This document shows, piece by piece, positions 41,601 to 55,570 of a stretch of DNA of 64,000 nt. The DNA lies in NCBI GenBank assembly GCA_965153285.1, contig OZ229114.1. One strand, written 5' to 3'. The translations under genes were made by a program, and so were the position numbers. Source of the DNA: Podarcis tiliguerta. Lineage: Eukaryota. Under the pieces are notes generated by a model that was not told where the DNA came from, searched no databases, and saw nothing but the letters and a program-made list of their open reading frames with translations. Each line of letters opens with the position of its first letter. Position 1 is the stretch's first letter.

Positions 41601-44600
41601 AACACTGTGAACTGCATTTGCCATGTTAGTGCCCAGCGTAGCAGCCAACTCCTAGGGGTGAGGTAGGCTTATGCGTGCTCCGCCATTGCACACGATGACC
41701 CGGAATGTAACCCCCACACAAACTGGGTGTTGCCTGTACTGAAAACAAATTCCTAATGGTTTGAATTCCAAGTGCAAGTCTTTTGCACCAATATCCAGTT
41801 GGTGGATCTCAGGATTCCATTGCAGACACTTACGGGCAGCAGCACCAATCTTGAAGTGATACAGTGCCTTTGCCATGTGTTTATTTTCATTCCCCAACGC
41901 CCACTGTCATCGCCATTATTCACTTGTAGAGCTTTGTGTTAATGTGATTGGAAAATCACGGCTGCATTGAGAAGCTTTGCTTGTAATTTTCCATTCCATT
42001 TCGGTCTCTCCATGTACAAGCAATTTTATAACCTGGCTATGCATTAATTCCTGCCAAGGTTTTTATATAGTTCCAGGGGGGGAAATGGAAGCTGGCAATC
42101 TTCCTTTGCAGTATCTTTCATTATTTATATTCATAGACAGCAATTGTTATGATCAGAGATGTACTCAGCGAGACCTTCGGTGTTCTAGCTACTTTCCTGC
42201 TTTTGCAAAGGGGAGAAGTTTCTGGGAAGCCACGGGGAATATGCTGTTTTATGTGCTTAAATTTTGTCACATGCACCCCGGTGCATCTCCACACAAACCT
42301 ATTTTGCTTTCAGGGGAGAACAGTACAAGATAAATAACCTCAGGCCATAATAAATTGCATTGCCTTGTCTTCCAGGTGGTGGGACAACCACCTTTGGGCA
42401 GTAGTTGGGATAACTGTAAAAACAATTGACACTGAGATGCATCCTGCCCATGTATTCCTTCTACCGTCATTAAGTTCCTAGAGAGACAGGAATCAATTTA
42501 AGTCAACAGAATGACAGTTGAATGGTGTGGTGCATATTTGTGGATTCAGGAGTTGAAGGCAGGTTTTCTGTAGCAAAGGTAGAACAACTCACCCCCTTTT
42601 TCTCCCAACACTGGGGAAATTCCTGAGAGACGCTGCAAATTAAAACTCATGGGACTCCCCTTCCCTGGCTTGTGAAATCAGAATGTTGTGATCTGTGTAA
42701 TTTGAGTCCCATGCCCTCATCTCTTAGCTGCCTCTTTAAAATGGCAACATAGTAAACTTTCTATTCATTTTTCAAAATTCCCATTCCCTGCTGAAGTTTT
42801 CTTTATAGGCACAAGACAGGATGTCTTGCACACCAAATTCTGGAAGGCAGGATAGAACTCTAACGATAAAAAATGTTGGATTTTGTCCACAATGAGGGCT
42901 GTTTCAGAATGCCCTCCCTGGAGAGTAACAGTTGTAGTCTGAGAACTATAACCAAACATGAACAAAATATTCACAACCGTCTGAAATTCACCAACACACC
43001 CAGTTTTGCACCTCCAGTTTTGCATTTGGAGTTCTGAATTTGAAATGCTGAATTTGCATTTTGAATGTAAAGCTTTCCCTCAAAACGCCAAGTGCTGAAG
43101 TAGGGCTTGACAGCATGTGAAACCATATGTGAAATTTCATGTGTGGTCAAAGAGTTAATGCAGTTGCACGTTGATCAAATTCCATCAGATATTAAAGGAC
43201 ATTGCATGCCAACTCTCAGATTCTGATGAATACTGAATAACAAATTTAAAATTATCAGCTGCTAAATATCCAGTACCAGACTGGAATAGCATGGGGTATC
43301 AAGTATTGTGGCAATCTGGAGAACATTAGACAGCAAAGTTTTCAGAGACCTTTTGGGAGCAAATTTGTTCCAGTTGTAGAAAGCAACATGTATAACGAAA
43401 TGAGTGACATGAAGAAAAGTCATGTCAACAAAAGGTGTTGATATATTGGTGGATTTATCATTTTCGGGGGAGCATTCCCTGTTAGCCAACTTTCTGAAGG
43501 CTCCATACCACTGCTGGGTGTGGCCAAAGTAAAAGTGGGCATGAGCATCATTCCCTCCCTCCCTCCCTCCCTCCCTCCCTCCCTCCCTCTCTCACACACA
43601 CCTGATTGGGAAACAAATGGTTCAGCAGCAGGGAAGAGGGGGCTGCAGAAGTAGTGCATGCACATACATGCACCCAAATTGTAATTGGTTTCCCTCACCA
43701 TTCCAGTCCTTGATCAAGGTGCTCCTAGATGTGGACCTTTCCAGCTAGGGAGCTGCTCAGAGTCTTCTGGAAGATCTGGGTTTTTGTTTCCCCCACCCGC
43801 CTACTTTCACTAGCTTCATATCTACTTTCCCCAGCTGAATAGATCCACTAAAACAACAGCCATGAAGCATGAGAAATGTATGCATGTATGTATGAACAGA
43901 GAAGTACTGACATGCTGAAACACTGGATGTCTTGAGGCAGGTTTTCTATTTGATTTATGAAACCATTCAAATAACTGAAATAGGATCACTTTCAGTACAG
44001 GGATGAAGATCTTTTAGTCTGTGGGATGGGCTGGATAGGCTGAAGAAATCTATCACTTATCACATTCCTATTACATAACAGGTCACAGGGCAACAGTTTA
44101 GGATGAATTAGCAATTTTCTAGTCTCCACGTTTAAGTCAACAATTTTATATTGTAAAAAACCCAACAACCTCTTTTCTGCTTTCTGGATTTCTCCATATC
44201 CAGTCCAATACTAACAACCACAAGATGGCACTGATGTCTGTTGACTTCAGCAATTGTAGTTCTCTCACTTAAGTTGTTTGGCTCTACTCCTGCTATCACA
44301 AAATGAAAAAAATATACTACTTCAGTAACCTGCTACACTGATCTGAACTCTCTTTTATTTGCTTGCATCTTTTACTTTGTGACAATATTATCTCCAATTA
44401 TTAATAAGGTAATTATGGTAATGAAACATTGATTCTCTTGCTTTTGGTTTGTGCCTGTACATTTTTGGGTGTGTGCGCACAGCGCATTAATAACTTAATG
44501 ATAGGCCTATGGAATGATGTTGAAACCTGAAGAATAGCAATGCTAGCAACTCATAAGAACTGAGTTTTCCTATCCCCAGAATCCCTACTATCCCCACAAA

Positions 44601-47600
44601 TCTTCCAAAAAGGCAAAACAGGGACATTGTTTTAACAGGAATCACTATCAGAAAATTGAATCTGCCCTGGTCAATAAGGACAGTTTGTACAGACTGTGGG
44701 ATAACCAGTCTCATATAACCAACATGCTTAAGTCTAATTGATGCATGAAGGAGTTAATACCATAGAGTAAGCTGCCCTGCTATGCTTAGCTATGTCACTT
44801 CCCCTTACATTGGGAGGAAATAGGTAATCAAGCCTATTGTTTTCTCCAGTCTACCTGAGATGCCCAGAGTGTGAAAAAGTTTGAGATTGTTGCTTGAGCT
44901 CAACCACATGGCTCTCACCAGCCACTCTTGAGTTCCTATAGTAATAAACCAGGAACTTTTACCACATTACTGCCTGTGCAACTTTTCTGAAGCACATGTA
45001 CCTGACCTTCAAAGAGTTTGGTAAATAAACCAATTTTTAACTTACCAAACAAGTCTTTTCCTATGCTGGGGGAAGAGGGAAATTTTGGTACTCATTTAGG
45101 TTGCCATATTTTAAAGGTCTAACAGCCTATATTTCCACACATTACTATGCTGCACATTTTGTGACTTCAATCTCTGTTGGGGTTCTCTCACAAAAGAGTA
45201 CTTGCCCCAATACTGACCACTCAGTGTGAGACACAGGTAGAGAATAGCTCTAGCTAGCTGGGGGAGAGAGAGAGAGAGGAGATGCTTAGGCTGCAGTTTA
45301 TATGACATTATATTCCCGAGGATGGAGGTGGGAGAACAAGCTGCTTGTAAATTATGCTTAATACTGCTGAGTATTTTTGCAGAATAAACATTTACTGTGT
45401 AATAACTGGTTGGCTGGGGATTTGTTGAGTTATCTGCAAGGTTGGTGGAAAGGAATGGAAGAAGCTTGACTGATTGGGACAGGAGCAATTGTCTTCTCAG
45501 TATCCACATCTAAATTGTGCCCACTCCTAAGCTGAGGCTCAGCTGGCCCCCACTTTTGCTATCTTTCACCAGATGGTAAAGGCATTTGCATTCTGGCAGA
45601 CCTGTGTTTTACTGGGGAGTTAATGTTCTTGATATGATGATTCTGGCTCTGTATTATGCTGGCTCTGTTTTATTCTGTATTGTTTTAATGGAATGTTATT
45701 GTATTCTGTAGCTAGCTTTAATTGTTCCAAACTACCCTGACTGATGTGCATGCATTATTTGGACATGATATAAATCCGACAAGAGCAGCTATAAATTTCT
45801 ATCGCCTTCCAGCTTCCAAGAGTGAAAGCAATTGGTAGTATAGCAACAAAATGCATTATTATTAAGGGATTGTTTGAAATCTCTTTTGCAACACAAAACT
45901 CTGTGTAAAGAAAAGAACTGAAAGAATTATGTTTTTTCCTATAACCTCTCCTGCTTTGATTGCAATATTAATCCTTTGAAAATGATTCTCTTTTTACATG
46001 CACTTCAGCAGCTGGGACAATACCAAAAAAAAAAAAGCGAAAAAGAGAGAAGAAGAAGATCTATTTCCACTCCACACAAGCAAGCAAGCAAAAAATTGTC
46101 ACAAAAATTGTTCTACCCCCATATTGTACAGCTACAAGCCTACCTTTATTCACTTGGGAAATAGCATGTTTTATACTAGTTAATGGATTATGAATTCTTT
46201 CAACCACATTCTTCAAATGATTATTCAATGGCTCGCATGAAATGGGTTGCAAAATAAGCATCATTCCTTTTGTCACAGTGGGGGAAACATCCATTTAGTG
46301 AGCAGACTGGGGGAAGCTACTATTAATGTACAAATATATACAAACAAAGGGGAAGCAACCATAGCTGAGCGGCAGAGCACTTCTTTTCCATTCAAAGAAT
46401 CCCAAGTTTGATCCTTGACACCTCCTGTTTAAGCAGTCAGGTAACCAGCGATGTGAAATAGCCTTTGCACAAAAACCAAGAAGGCTGCTGCCAGCCAGAA
46501 CAGGTAAATGGGCTTTCTTTCCATTTTGGGGGGCCCTTTAAACCTGTCACTGGGTGCAAATGTTTGCTCATTCTTCCTGCTGACCGTGGTCCACTGCCTA
46601 TTCCAGCTGATGACCCTCCCTCTGTATACATCACCATTAGTATCAGTTTCCTTTGTAGGGTGGTAAAAGCAAACCCATGGATAAAAACATGTGTTTCCTC
46701 TTTCTCTCTGGCAGGGAATGAGCTGAGAAAGGAAACAGTGGTGGCGGCAGCACCGGAAATCTCTGAACTTATCTGGCCAAAGAATTCTTGACATAGAGAG
46801 CATTCTCTCTCTTTCTGCAAAAATATAGATACACCACTTTAATTTTCACTGATAAGTTGGAAAGCAACTTACACAACCCACTGACCAAACAGGCAGATTT
46901 ATGTACTGTACAGTTTTATTGTTCTTTAAAAGAGAATAGTTGGCTTTTCCATAGATTACTGAAACACGGCGGCCAATTTTTCTTACAGTTTAGGTACAGA
47001 TGGTTTTAATATCAAGGCATTAACACTCTGCTTCTCTAATTGAAACGACATAGCCTCTTACATCATGTAGAAAATGCCATAAACCCCAAGCAGTAAATCT
47101 CAGCCAAAGCATTTAATTCAAAATAGATGGAATACTACTTTTGGAAATTACTCTTCAAAAATCCGCAGGCATTAGCGAGGCTCATAATTTCCCAGAAGGT
47201 CTCCCGATTATGGATTTGTTGCTTTCAGAAACTGTTAAAACTACAAGGTAGAACAGTCCACCCCACTGCAAACTCTCAACACTCTGAGTAGTCAGAGTAT
47301 ACTTGGGGTATTGAGATGAACATACAGAATCTACTCGCAGAGAGCTGGCAATGTCAGCCTCGTTTTTACACTGTAAGTGTGTGTGTTGGGGGGGGGGGCT
47401 AAGTTTCACCGAGGAATGTCAATGGAGGCAGAGAACTATATCCAGTGTTCTCTGTCCACTCGCGCAAGGGCTATTGTGTTGGTGGACAGGTTAGTTTTGA
47501 TGTTGAGCTGCAGGATCCAATGCAAGAGTCAATGCAACAGTTGCACTCGTGGAAACTTGTGCAACGCGTGTGGGGTTTTTTTTTTGCCCCAGAGCTTTCA

Positions 47601-47894
47601 TCAAGAAAACCTGCTCTTTAGTGCTCAATTGGAGCAAATGTTGATCTGGGTTTTTCAAGTGTTGCCACTTGCTCCAATTGAGCTTTTAAGAGTGGGTTTT
47701 CTCAGGGAAGCTTCCAGAGCAAAATAAAATGGGGCTTGGAAATAACACAGGAAAAGTAAATGTGGATAAGCCTTTTGTGCTACCCTGATACAACCCAGAG
47801 TCTTGAGTCCACCCCACTTTTCATACAACTTTCCCCTGAAGCACCTGAGTCTCTGGTTCTCATGGGACATACAAAGTAACCACAACAAAAACTC

Positions 47895-48120
47895 TTAAAT
47901 CTGAAGGGCTGTCACACAGAAGGAGGTTTGTGCCCTGTTGCTTCATGGGACAGGACTAGAACCCCTGGGTGGAAGTTGCAAGGAATCAGGTATCATTGAA
48001 ACATTTGGAGAAATTTCCAAGTAGTAAGAACTGCTTAGCAGTGGAAGAGATTGCCTAGGTCTTCTTCCCTGGAATTATTTAAGCAGAGGGTGGATGGCCA
48101 TGTCAGGAATGCTGGAGCTG
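47895..48120 (+). mobile_element. CR1 LINE 3' fragment
   Basis: Resembles the degenerate CR1 end: KSEGLSH..., 'cagtggaagagattgcctagg...ttttaagcagagggtggatggccat'. Confidence 0.6.
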
Positions 48121-49211
48121 CAAGACTCATTGAAGAGGCTACTGAGATAAACACAGCCTCTTAGCACAACCCCTCTTCCATCACCCATGCCTTCTTTCAG
48201 ATCAGCAATTAGAAATCACAGGAGTGGCTTGACCAGTGCATTCACAAGAAAACTTCACGATCCCTGCTGGATCAGAATCAGAATCCATCCCAGTGTCCAG
48301 TTTCTAACACTGGCTGGCCAGATACTTCTGGAAAGCTCACAAGCAGGGCACAAGAGCAACATTGCTGTCTTCCCTCTTTTGCTGTCACCCAGCAATTTCA
48401 GAACTGTTGACTTCAAAAGAAGAAACTTCTCCAAAATCAGGGGACTGGACAAGAAAGAGGAGGTTGAAAAGGAAAAGAGGAAGGGAACAATTATGTGAAG
48501 CAGAATTAATAAGAACTTGTCTCCTCTCATATGACCGTGATGACATCTGACCTTCACTTGCTCAGAGAAGGCTTTCACACCATTGGCTTACTAAGCTGGA
48601 ATTCTCCTGAAAACTCTGATTCTCTCATCTTAGCTGTCTTAATACTATTTTGCACTGCACAACCTTTGGTCCACCAAGCTAAGCATAGGCAACCAGTCAC
48701 ATCCCATTGTCCTTTTTACCTTTTGCTGACTGTCTGGGTCACAGCGGTTGTCAACGTCTTTCAGTCCAGAGTGAAAACTTACTCCCACTCTTCGACATCA
48801 AAATCACACTCTTTAGAGTAGGTGTGAGGAACCTGTGGCTCTTCCAGATGTTGCTTGACTCTATCCCTGCCTTAGGCATGTGGGTTCTTTAATGCACAGT
48901 GATGGCAGCTTGGTAGCCCACTTCCAAGAGTTCCATCATTTACTGCCTTCTATGACTTGGTCTTCCTTGATTATTCCAAATCATCCAAGATATTTTGAAA
49001 CCATCCATGACATCCCTAGACTTCAAAGGAGAGGAAATATTCTGTTGGAGATTGGTAGGTATTCCTACTACATCTGCTAACATTTTGTGACCCTCCTCCC
49101 ATTTTAAAGCTATTTCCTTAACTCCTGTGTCTTCGGACACAGTCTCTACAGAAAAATGAGATTATTGAAGTCATTTTGACATCTGTCAGTATGTAATGAA
49201 CTTTTGGGTGC

Positions 49212-49787
49212 TGTCATGGACTGATTGGACACAGAGGAAAGGCAGGATGAACTAGCTGGGGAACCACCAGGGGGGAAAGACCCAGAGCCCAGAGATTGGT
49301 GGTGGGATGACAATGCATGGTCAAAGAAAGAAGACTAGGAAGAGGAGTTGTCAGATGCTGAAGGGGTATTAGGGCTTAGTGCGTTGGGAGAGTCTGTGGC
49401 AGAGAGAAGTCCAGAATCAGACGCTGAAGCTGGCGAGTGGGAGGTCAAGAGGCTGAGATGAGTCAAGCTGGTGAAGAGTCACATGTGGCTCCCCCTCCTG
49501 CTGAGACAAGCTCCCCTCCCCCTCTGTCTCCCAGAACCAGAAGTGGGCTGAAATGGGCAGAGCAGTGGCAGGCTGTGTGTAGGTACCAGTCTCCAATTGC
49601 TTGGGGAAAGCACTGGAGAGGAGGGGACTTGGACGGCTATGGGGAGGCAGGGACTTTCAGTCTCAGCAACTGATTTCATGAAGGAAGACCCATTGGAAAC
49701 AAGCTGCTGTGCTCTTTAGGTCTTTCACTATGGAGACTGTGTTTTTGCTTTGGACTGTGCGTTTACTGACCAGCATGCTCTGTGACA
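49212..49787 (+). mobile_element. Probable solo LTR
   Basis: Inverted termini TGTCA...TGACA and a purine-rich body. Confidence 0.5.
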
Positions 49788-52700
49788 GATACAGCCTGTC
49801 TGTGGTGTATCCAGACTTTCGGGAACCAATCCTCCTTAGCAGTGCCTTACCGTCGAAAGCAGGCTCATCCACCTAAGCTTTCTTGGATCTACGCTCCCAG
49901 CATTCCTTGTAACAGGAAGCAGGAAGAGATAGCTGATAGCTTAGACAGAAGCTTATTTCCAACCTATCTGCTTGTCTTTCAAGCACGCTTAAAAAAAAGT
50001 CACCCCTTGTCTTGTCCTGCTTTGACCTTCCCTGACCCTCTAATAACTTCTGTCATTTGTTCTGACTCTTACGCAATTACACCTGCTATAGCCTTATTTG
50101 CTCTTAATGGTCTTTGTTGCCATTTTAGGTTTTCCTTATGGTGTTCTCTGATTCAGCATCCTCTCTGCCATTATATGGTTTGTTTGTGATGCCAGAGCCC
50201 TGAAGTAAGTCAATTCTTGAAGAGATAAATGTCTTAAGTCTTTGTGATCTGTCCCCCTGCCCTCTGCCGTCTTTCATCACCATCCTTATCACTGTCACAT
50301 TGACATGCTGTAGTTTTATATTTGGCATGTGACAAATGATTTTCCCGGGAAAATAACAACCTGTCATATCCTCTAAGATACCAGCAGTAAATCTTTGTGT
50401 GGACACCTGCAGATTGAAAGACTGTCATTTAGCCATTCATTCTTCCACCTTTGCACCACACTTATGGATTCTTTCAAGACAATGCTGGAAATTTATATTG
50501 AAGTTGACTGACGAGCAAACCTGATGACACCAAAGATGTAATTTCCCAGCTGTCTCCACCCACACCCCATCCCGATTTTTTGAGATTAAGTCGATTTTTG
50601 ATACTGAGAATGAATGAACTCGAATTGATTGGCTGGGGGGCAGAGAGGAAAGGGTTGGGAAACAGTTGTGGATTTTATGGCACAAGGAAGAATTTGGCTA
50701 TTGTCCCAAAATGCACTGAAAGTTCCACTGGTTGTCATGACCAGCTCCAGATATGGAGGGGGGAGCTTTCAGTGACTTAGTTTATGGGGAAGGGTCCATA
50801 GGAGGGGCATAGTGCTTGCAAACTAAGAGGATGCCCTTAGGATGGACTGATCTTTCTATTTCTGATTTGTGTCCATTCATATGTCTATTCCACTCCTGTC
50901 TAAAAAAAGGGCAACCACAAATGCACACATGAAAATTTACATTTGAAAATCTCCACAAAATCTGCATTTTTACATGGACTTCTTTTACCCTTCCTCCTCG
51001 CCGCGCCCTCACTCTGGACTCTTTGAGTCATGTAAAATGTAGTCATTTCTAATGTGGCTATTGCAGTAAAGTGGGGTTCTTTTTTTGGGGGGGGGGCTAA
51101 TGTCACTGATAGAGGTCCTTGCCAAGGGCACAAGAACCTAGGTACACCTCTACATGCCATAGTTCCTTTTCTGACTGCAAGGGTTTCTAGGGTAGGATCT
51201 CACGTCCCCAACATGGCATCCATCTAGGTCTAAGCTGGCTAGGCCCCATGCCAAATGAGGACCAAGTTGGCAGTGTTGGCCCTTTGCCTTAGTATTCTTA
51301 GACCTTGGCATTTGCCTGACCCTGCTGGCCTCTGGCACAAGCCAAACCGGTTGTGGTGAAATGTGGAGTCGAAAGGATGGACCAAAAGGCACAGAGGATT
51401 TTATTCAGGCCACTTTTTCCCACTTGCAGATGTGCTGGGTAGAAAATGAGTCCTCTGGAGTCACTTTCTGGAAACTAAGTTAAAATTCACTTTGGAAAGA
51501 ATAATGTATGCTTTGAGTCATCCTAAATGTGTAGTTAACATGTAGCTCTCTGGCTATAGTGGGTTTGTTTCTTTTTTCCTTTTTTTAATACATATCTCTC
51601 AGCTATATTGAAGTTGCAAATGCAAATTTCAGCACTCGGAGACATTATGTGGATTTGTCACACTCCCTGGAGGGCTGAAGGCCTATAAAGCAATGAGTGA
51701 AGAAAAGAATGTGAAATTAGAATCTCTCTTTATGACATTTTACATGTAGCCGCATAAAATAAACTTCCATTCTGCCTTCTGATAGTCATTCTCACGGGGC
51801 CTGACTACAGAAGCGTTTTATACATGTGCCCTGGAAAATGCTTTCTCTGTACTACGTTAATAGATATTCATCTCTCCATGATAGGCTTTAAAATTTAATT
51901 TTATGGCCCTGCATATCCCTAAAGCTCTGTTGGTAATGCTTCCTTCTTCATGTCATTCATACTCACAACAAACCTCTGAGTCTGAGTCTTTTTGCAGATG
52001 GCTATCTAGTGAGACCAAAACAGTTTAAAAAATAATAGTAGCAGTTAATACTTGGACTGTATTGCGGTCCAATCTAGCTTTTGCCAGAATGCTTGAATAT
52101 ACTGATATGCCTGATACAGTTTTCAAAGAGTTTAATTTCATACACACATATGCTTATTTGAACATTAGGGAGAAATTTGATCACTAAATGCCCATTTTGT
52201 TTGGTTTTTCAAACTAAGGATGCAATTCCAACCCCTAGGGTCCAATGGCTAGCACCCTTGACATCACTAATGCACCTCACCTAACTCTGTTATGGAAATG
52301 TTCCTAAAATACTGGTTTGGTTAATGGTAAGAAAATGGATGAAAGTGAGTTGAATCATGTTCTGTTTATAGAAGGGCTTTAGATCCAGTGGAGGGGAAAT
52401 TGGCTGCCCTTAGTTCATAGACACCTCTGTGAATGGAATGACTCTTTCCACTCACAGAAGGGTACAGCAGGATACAAAGCTATATACACAAAATAATAAA
52501 TTCTATTTCAGATGAATTTATTTAAAAGGAGGAGCATCTGCCGGATATGCTCAAGGAGTAAGGTAAGACTGTGTGTTGGGACACCTCCATGGCACAGAAA
52601 CTTATTTGTTGGTGTGTACACAAGTTGCAGACCAGAATTATTCTGTGGGTGAAGACCGTCCTGTGAATTCCCTCAGCATCTGACATTGCCCTGAGTCATA

Positions 52701-53026
52701 GTGACTCTGACTGTATGTCTAGAATTCAAAGTGTAGAGGCTTACTGCATCTCAAGGTCAACAGTTCATGCGTGCAATGGGAAATCCCATGAATGTGTGGA
52801 ACATCTCGTTTCTAATACAAGAGAAGTAGAAGCCCCTGCATGCTCAGGGCTCCGTCAGCAACCATCTGTCTAACTGCTGAGGCACATGCTCCACTGAATT
52901 CAAAGGGACCTGTTCATTGCCCACACATAAGCAAAGCTGATATTACATTTCCTTGAAAGCCGCTCTGCTGGTCCTGATCTATACCAAAGGACATGAAGCA
53001 GTTGGCTGCTTCTGCTCATGCATATA

Positions 53027-53177
53027 CCGTATTTTTCCGTGTATAAGACTAGATTTTTTCCTTAAAAAAATAATGTCCAAAATTTGGGGGCATCTTATAC
53101 CGTGATAGTTCTCTCCCCATTTTCTTAATTCGGAGTCTCCCAAAATAGGGGGGCATCTTATAGATGGGAAAATACAG
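53027..53177. mobile_element. Pogo/Tigger-like MITE
   Basis: TA|CCGTATTTTTCC.TGTATAAGA ... TCTTATAGATGGGAAAATACAG imperfect TIRs. Confidence 0.75.
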
Positions 53178-53971
53178 TGTATCGTACACGTGCCTAGCCA
53201 CCCAATTGATAGCTGGGATTCTCGGCTCTGACAGCAATGATCACTTGTTGGGAAGAGATGGGGAGCCCTGAATACAACCTTTCTCCTTTCCTGTGAAGGA
53301 TGGAGAGGAAAGTGGGCTAGAATGGTTTGTCCAGGACAGGGACTGAAGCCACTGAAGTTGGAAGCTCTAACCACATTCAATTCCTAATGCAATGGGTTCA
53401 GAGAGGCATCACAGGGAGTGCACAGCCCCTTCCACCACCACCCACCCCCATGCATTGTGCAATTCAGCAGGGAATGTGTGCTTACAAGCCGAATTCTGCA
53501 TGCACATCATCCCTGCTGGGTTGAGCTGACTGTCTTGAGTAGGATGCCTGCGGAGTAAATTACCTGAGGATTACATGAAAGAATGCTGGGCAAACCGGCT
53601 GGCCAGGCAGAAATCAGTGCAGCATGCTGAATGTCTGCATAGAATTAATAGTTTCCTCTTTCTTTTTTCCTAACGGATCATTCATTTCTCTGACATATCC
53701 AATGCAAAAACCCTTTATATTTTTACATCAGGAGAGTATTCTAAGTTAGCTGCATTTTGTTTGTGTCAAACTAATCTCATTCTAGGAACGGTTTTCAGAG
53801 CTTGCTATCTGAAAGGGCATCCTTAGAACGAAAGCATAGGAGTCCTGGTTAATTCTTAATTTATATAATCATTTTTTAAAGTATAAAATGGCATGATGTT
53901 ACATAATGCACTTGATCACCTGGTAGTAATCTCAGTTCCAGGTGTTCCTGGTTGAGGCAGATTATCTAGAT

Positions 53972-54157
53972 CAGGGGTAGTCAACCTTTTTATACCTACC
54001 GCCCACTAATGCATCTTTCTTGATGGTAACATTTCCTTAACGCCCACCAGTGTTCGATGGAAGGAGGATTCTGCTTGTGTCATAGAACCCCCAACTGCCC
54101 ACCTAGAATTCTGAAATGCCCACTAGTGGGCAGTAGGGACCAGGTTGACAACCCCTG
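53972..54157. mobile_element. hAT MITE with a perfect 8-bp TSD
   Basis: TIRs CAGGGGTAGTCAACCT / AGGTTGACAACCCCTG; TSD atctagat at 53964-53971 and 54158-54165. Confidence 0.9.
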
Positions 54158-55475
54158 ATCTAGATTCATTATGTAGATCCATTTCAATCCAGCTGTAGGT
54201 CTAGTTATGGATTGGTTACCTTCCCACTTGGAAAGGGAAATTGAGGCAGGCAAGGTGGAGATATTGTAGTTCTGTGGAGAGGAAGTCTGTAGGAGAGGAA
54301 GACTGATGCAGAAAGAAGGATGTTGGAAAAGGAAGCGAGCAGGAGGAGATGACTACTCGCACATTTGCACGAGTGCACAAAGTGAATCCCTTAGAGAATG
54401 GCCCAGAATCCTTTGTAAGGTGCAGAGATTCCATAGCAGGCACTCAAATGTTCACTGGCACAGGTGCCAATCCTTGAAGGTCAAAAACTTGCATATAACA
54501 GGTTTAAGGCACCTGATGTCATTCTGTCTCTGAACCTAAATCTGCAACTATTGCCTTGAAAATATGCATTTCTAAATGCATTTGGTCGTAACACAGGCAT
54601 TTTACTACTTTTTGAAGTTGAGGCATTGCAAAACAGTGCAAAGCCTGGAGGACAACTGCCTTCTGATTCACACAGATCGGGCCAGTTTGCATTAGGATTT
54701 GCAAATAATGAATCCCTTAAGCATCCCAAATCACAGTTAGAGAACGGAGTACTTGCCTGAAAATGCACCATTCTGCAGTTGCGCATAGCAAGGGAAAATC
54801 AGTAGCGGACAGAGAATCTGCTATTCAAGGACATTTGTCCTGTATTTCTGATCTTCTCATTGCGACAAGCTTCCAAGGAAGCTCAATCTATCCTGGAACA
54901 CATTCTCTACTTCAGAGTGTTCTCTGAATACTGTTGTAGCTGTGCATTGGTGTCTTTATAGCAAGATTGCACCTGCTTACAGATAACATATTTTTCTCTT
55001 ATTTTGCTCTTTAATCTCTTCCTTTTAAACTACACTGGAGCTTTTCTTAAATTGCAAGCACAACAGTGCCCCCAGACTGTGGAAAAACATTTCAGCAAGT
55101 GCATACAACAACAACAACAAAATGTTCTGATTTTTTTTTAAAAAAAACTGTCTGCCTAGATGGTGAGTAATATTGTGCAAAACTGTGTCTTGTGCCAGTT
55201 TGAAGGAAATCCATTCAAAATGCCACTCCTGTAGCTATGTCCTTTTCAGCAGTCTAAATTTATCATAAACATAATCTGCTTCTTTTGACAATAATGATCC
55301 CAGCTGGAATATTGTTGTTAGGTGGAACACTGAAACGTTTCTGGGAAACTAACAGTTTGACATGCCTCATAAAAATTATCTCCTCCTAACCAGAGAGTTA
55401 AAAAAGCGCAGGGACAGAAACTCTCAGTTTAGGAACCGACAGTAGGTGATTCCTTTTCCTAAAGAATTACTAAGG

Positions 55476-55570
55476 GCCAGCTGGGGTGGCTCAATTGGTA
55501 CAGCATGAGACTCTTAATCTCAGGGTCCTGAGACCCACATTGGCCCTTCCATTTCTACAAGTCTATGATT
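55476..55570 (+). mobile_element. Degenerate tRNA-Lys(CTT)-derived SINE with a CR1-like 3' end (not a functional tRNA)
   Basis: ggctcaattggtacagcatgagactcttaatctcagggtc matches the tRNA-Lys D and anticodon arms. The T-arm is deleted, and cccttcca...ctatgatt follows. Confidence 0.65.

Noticed and set aside
48187-49150. Cluster of overlapping ORFs, possibly a gene or a LINE endonuclease region
   Set aside because: No convincing motif or exon structure. It may be a highly decayed LINE, but I cannot support a call without a search.
55476-55545. tRNA-Lys gene
   Set aside because: The T-arm/box B is deleted and the acceptor stem is broken, and a LINE-like tail follows, so it is a SINE relic.
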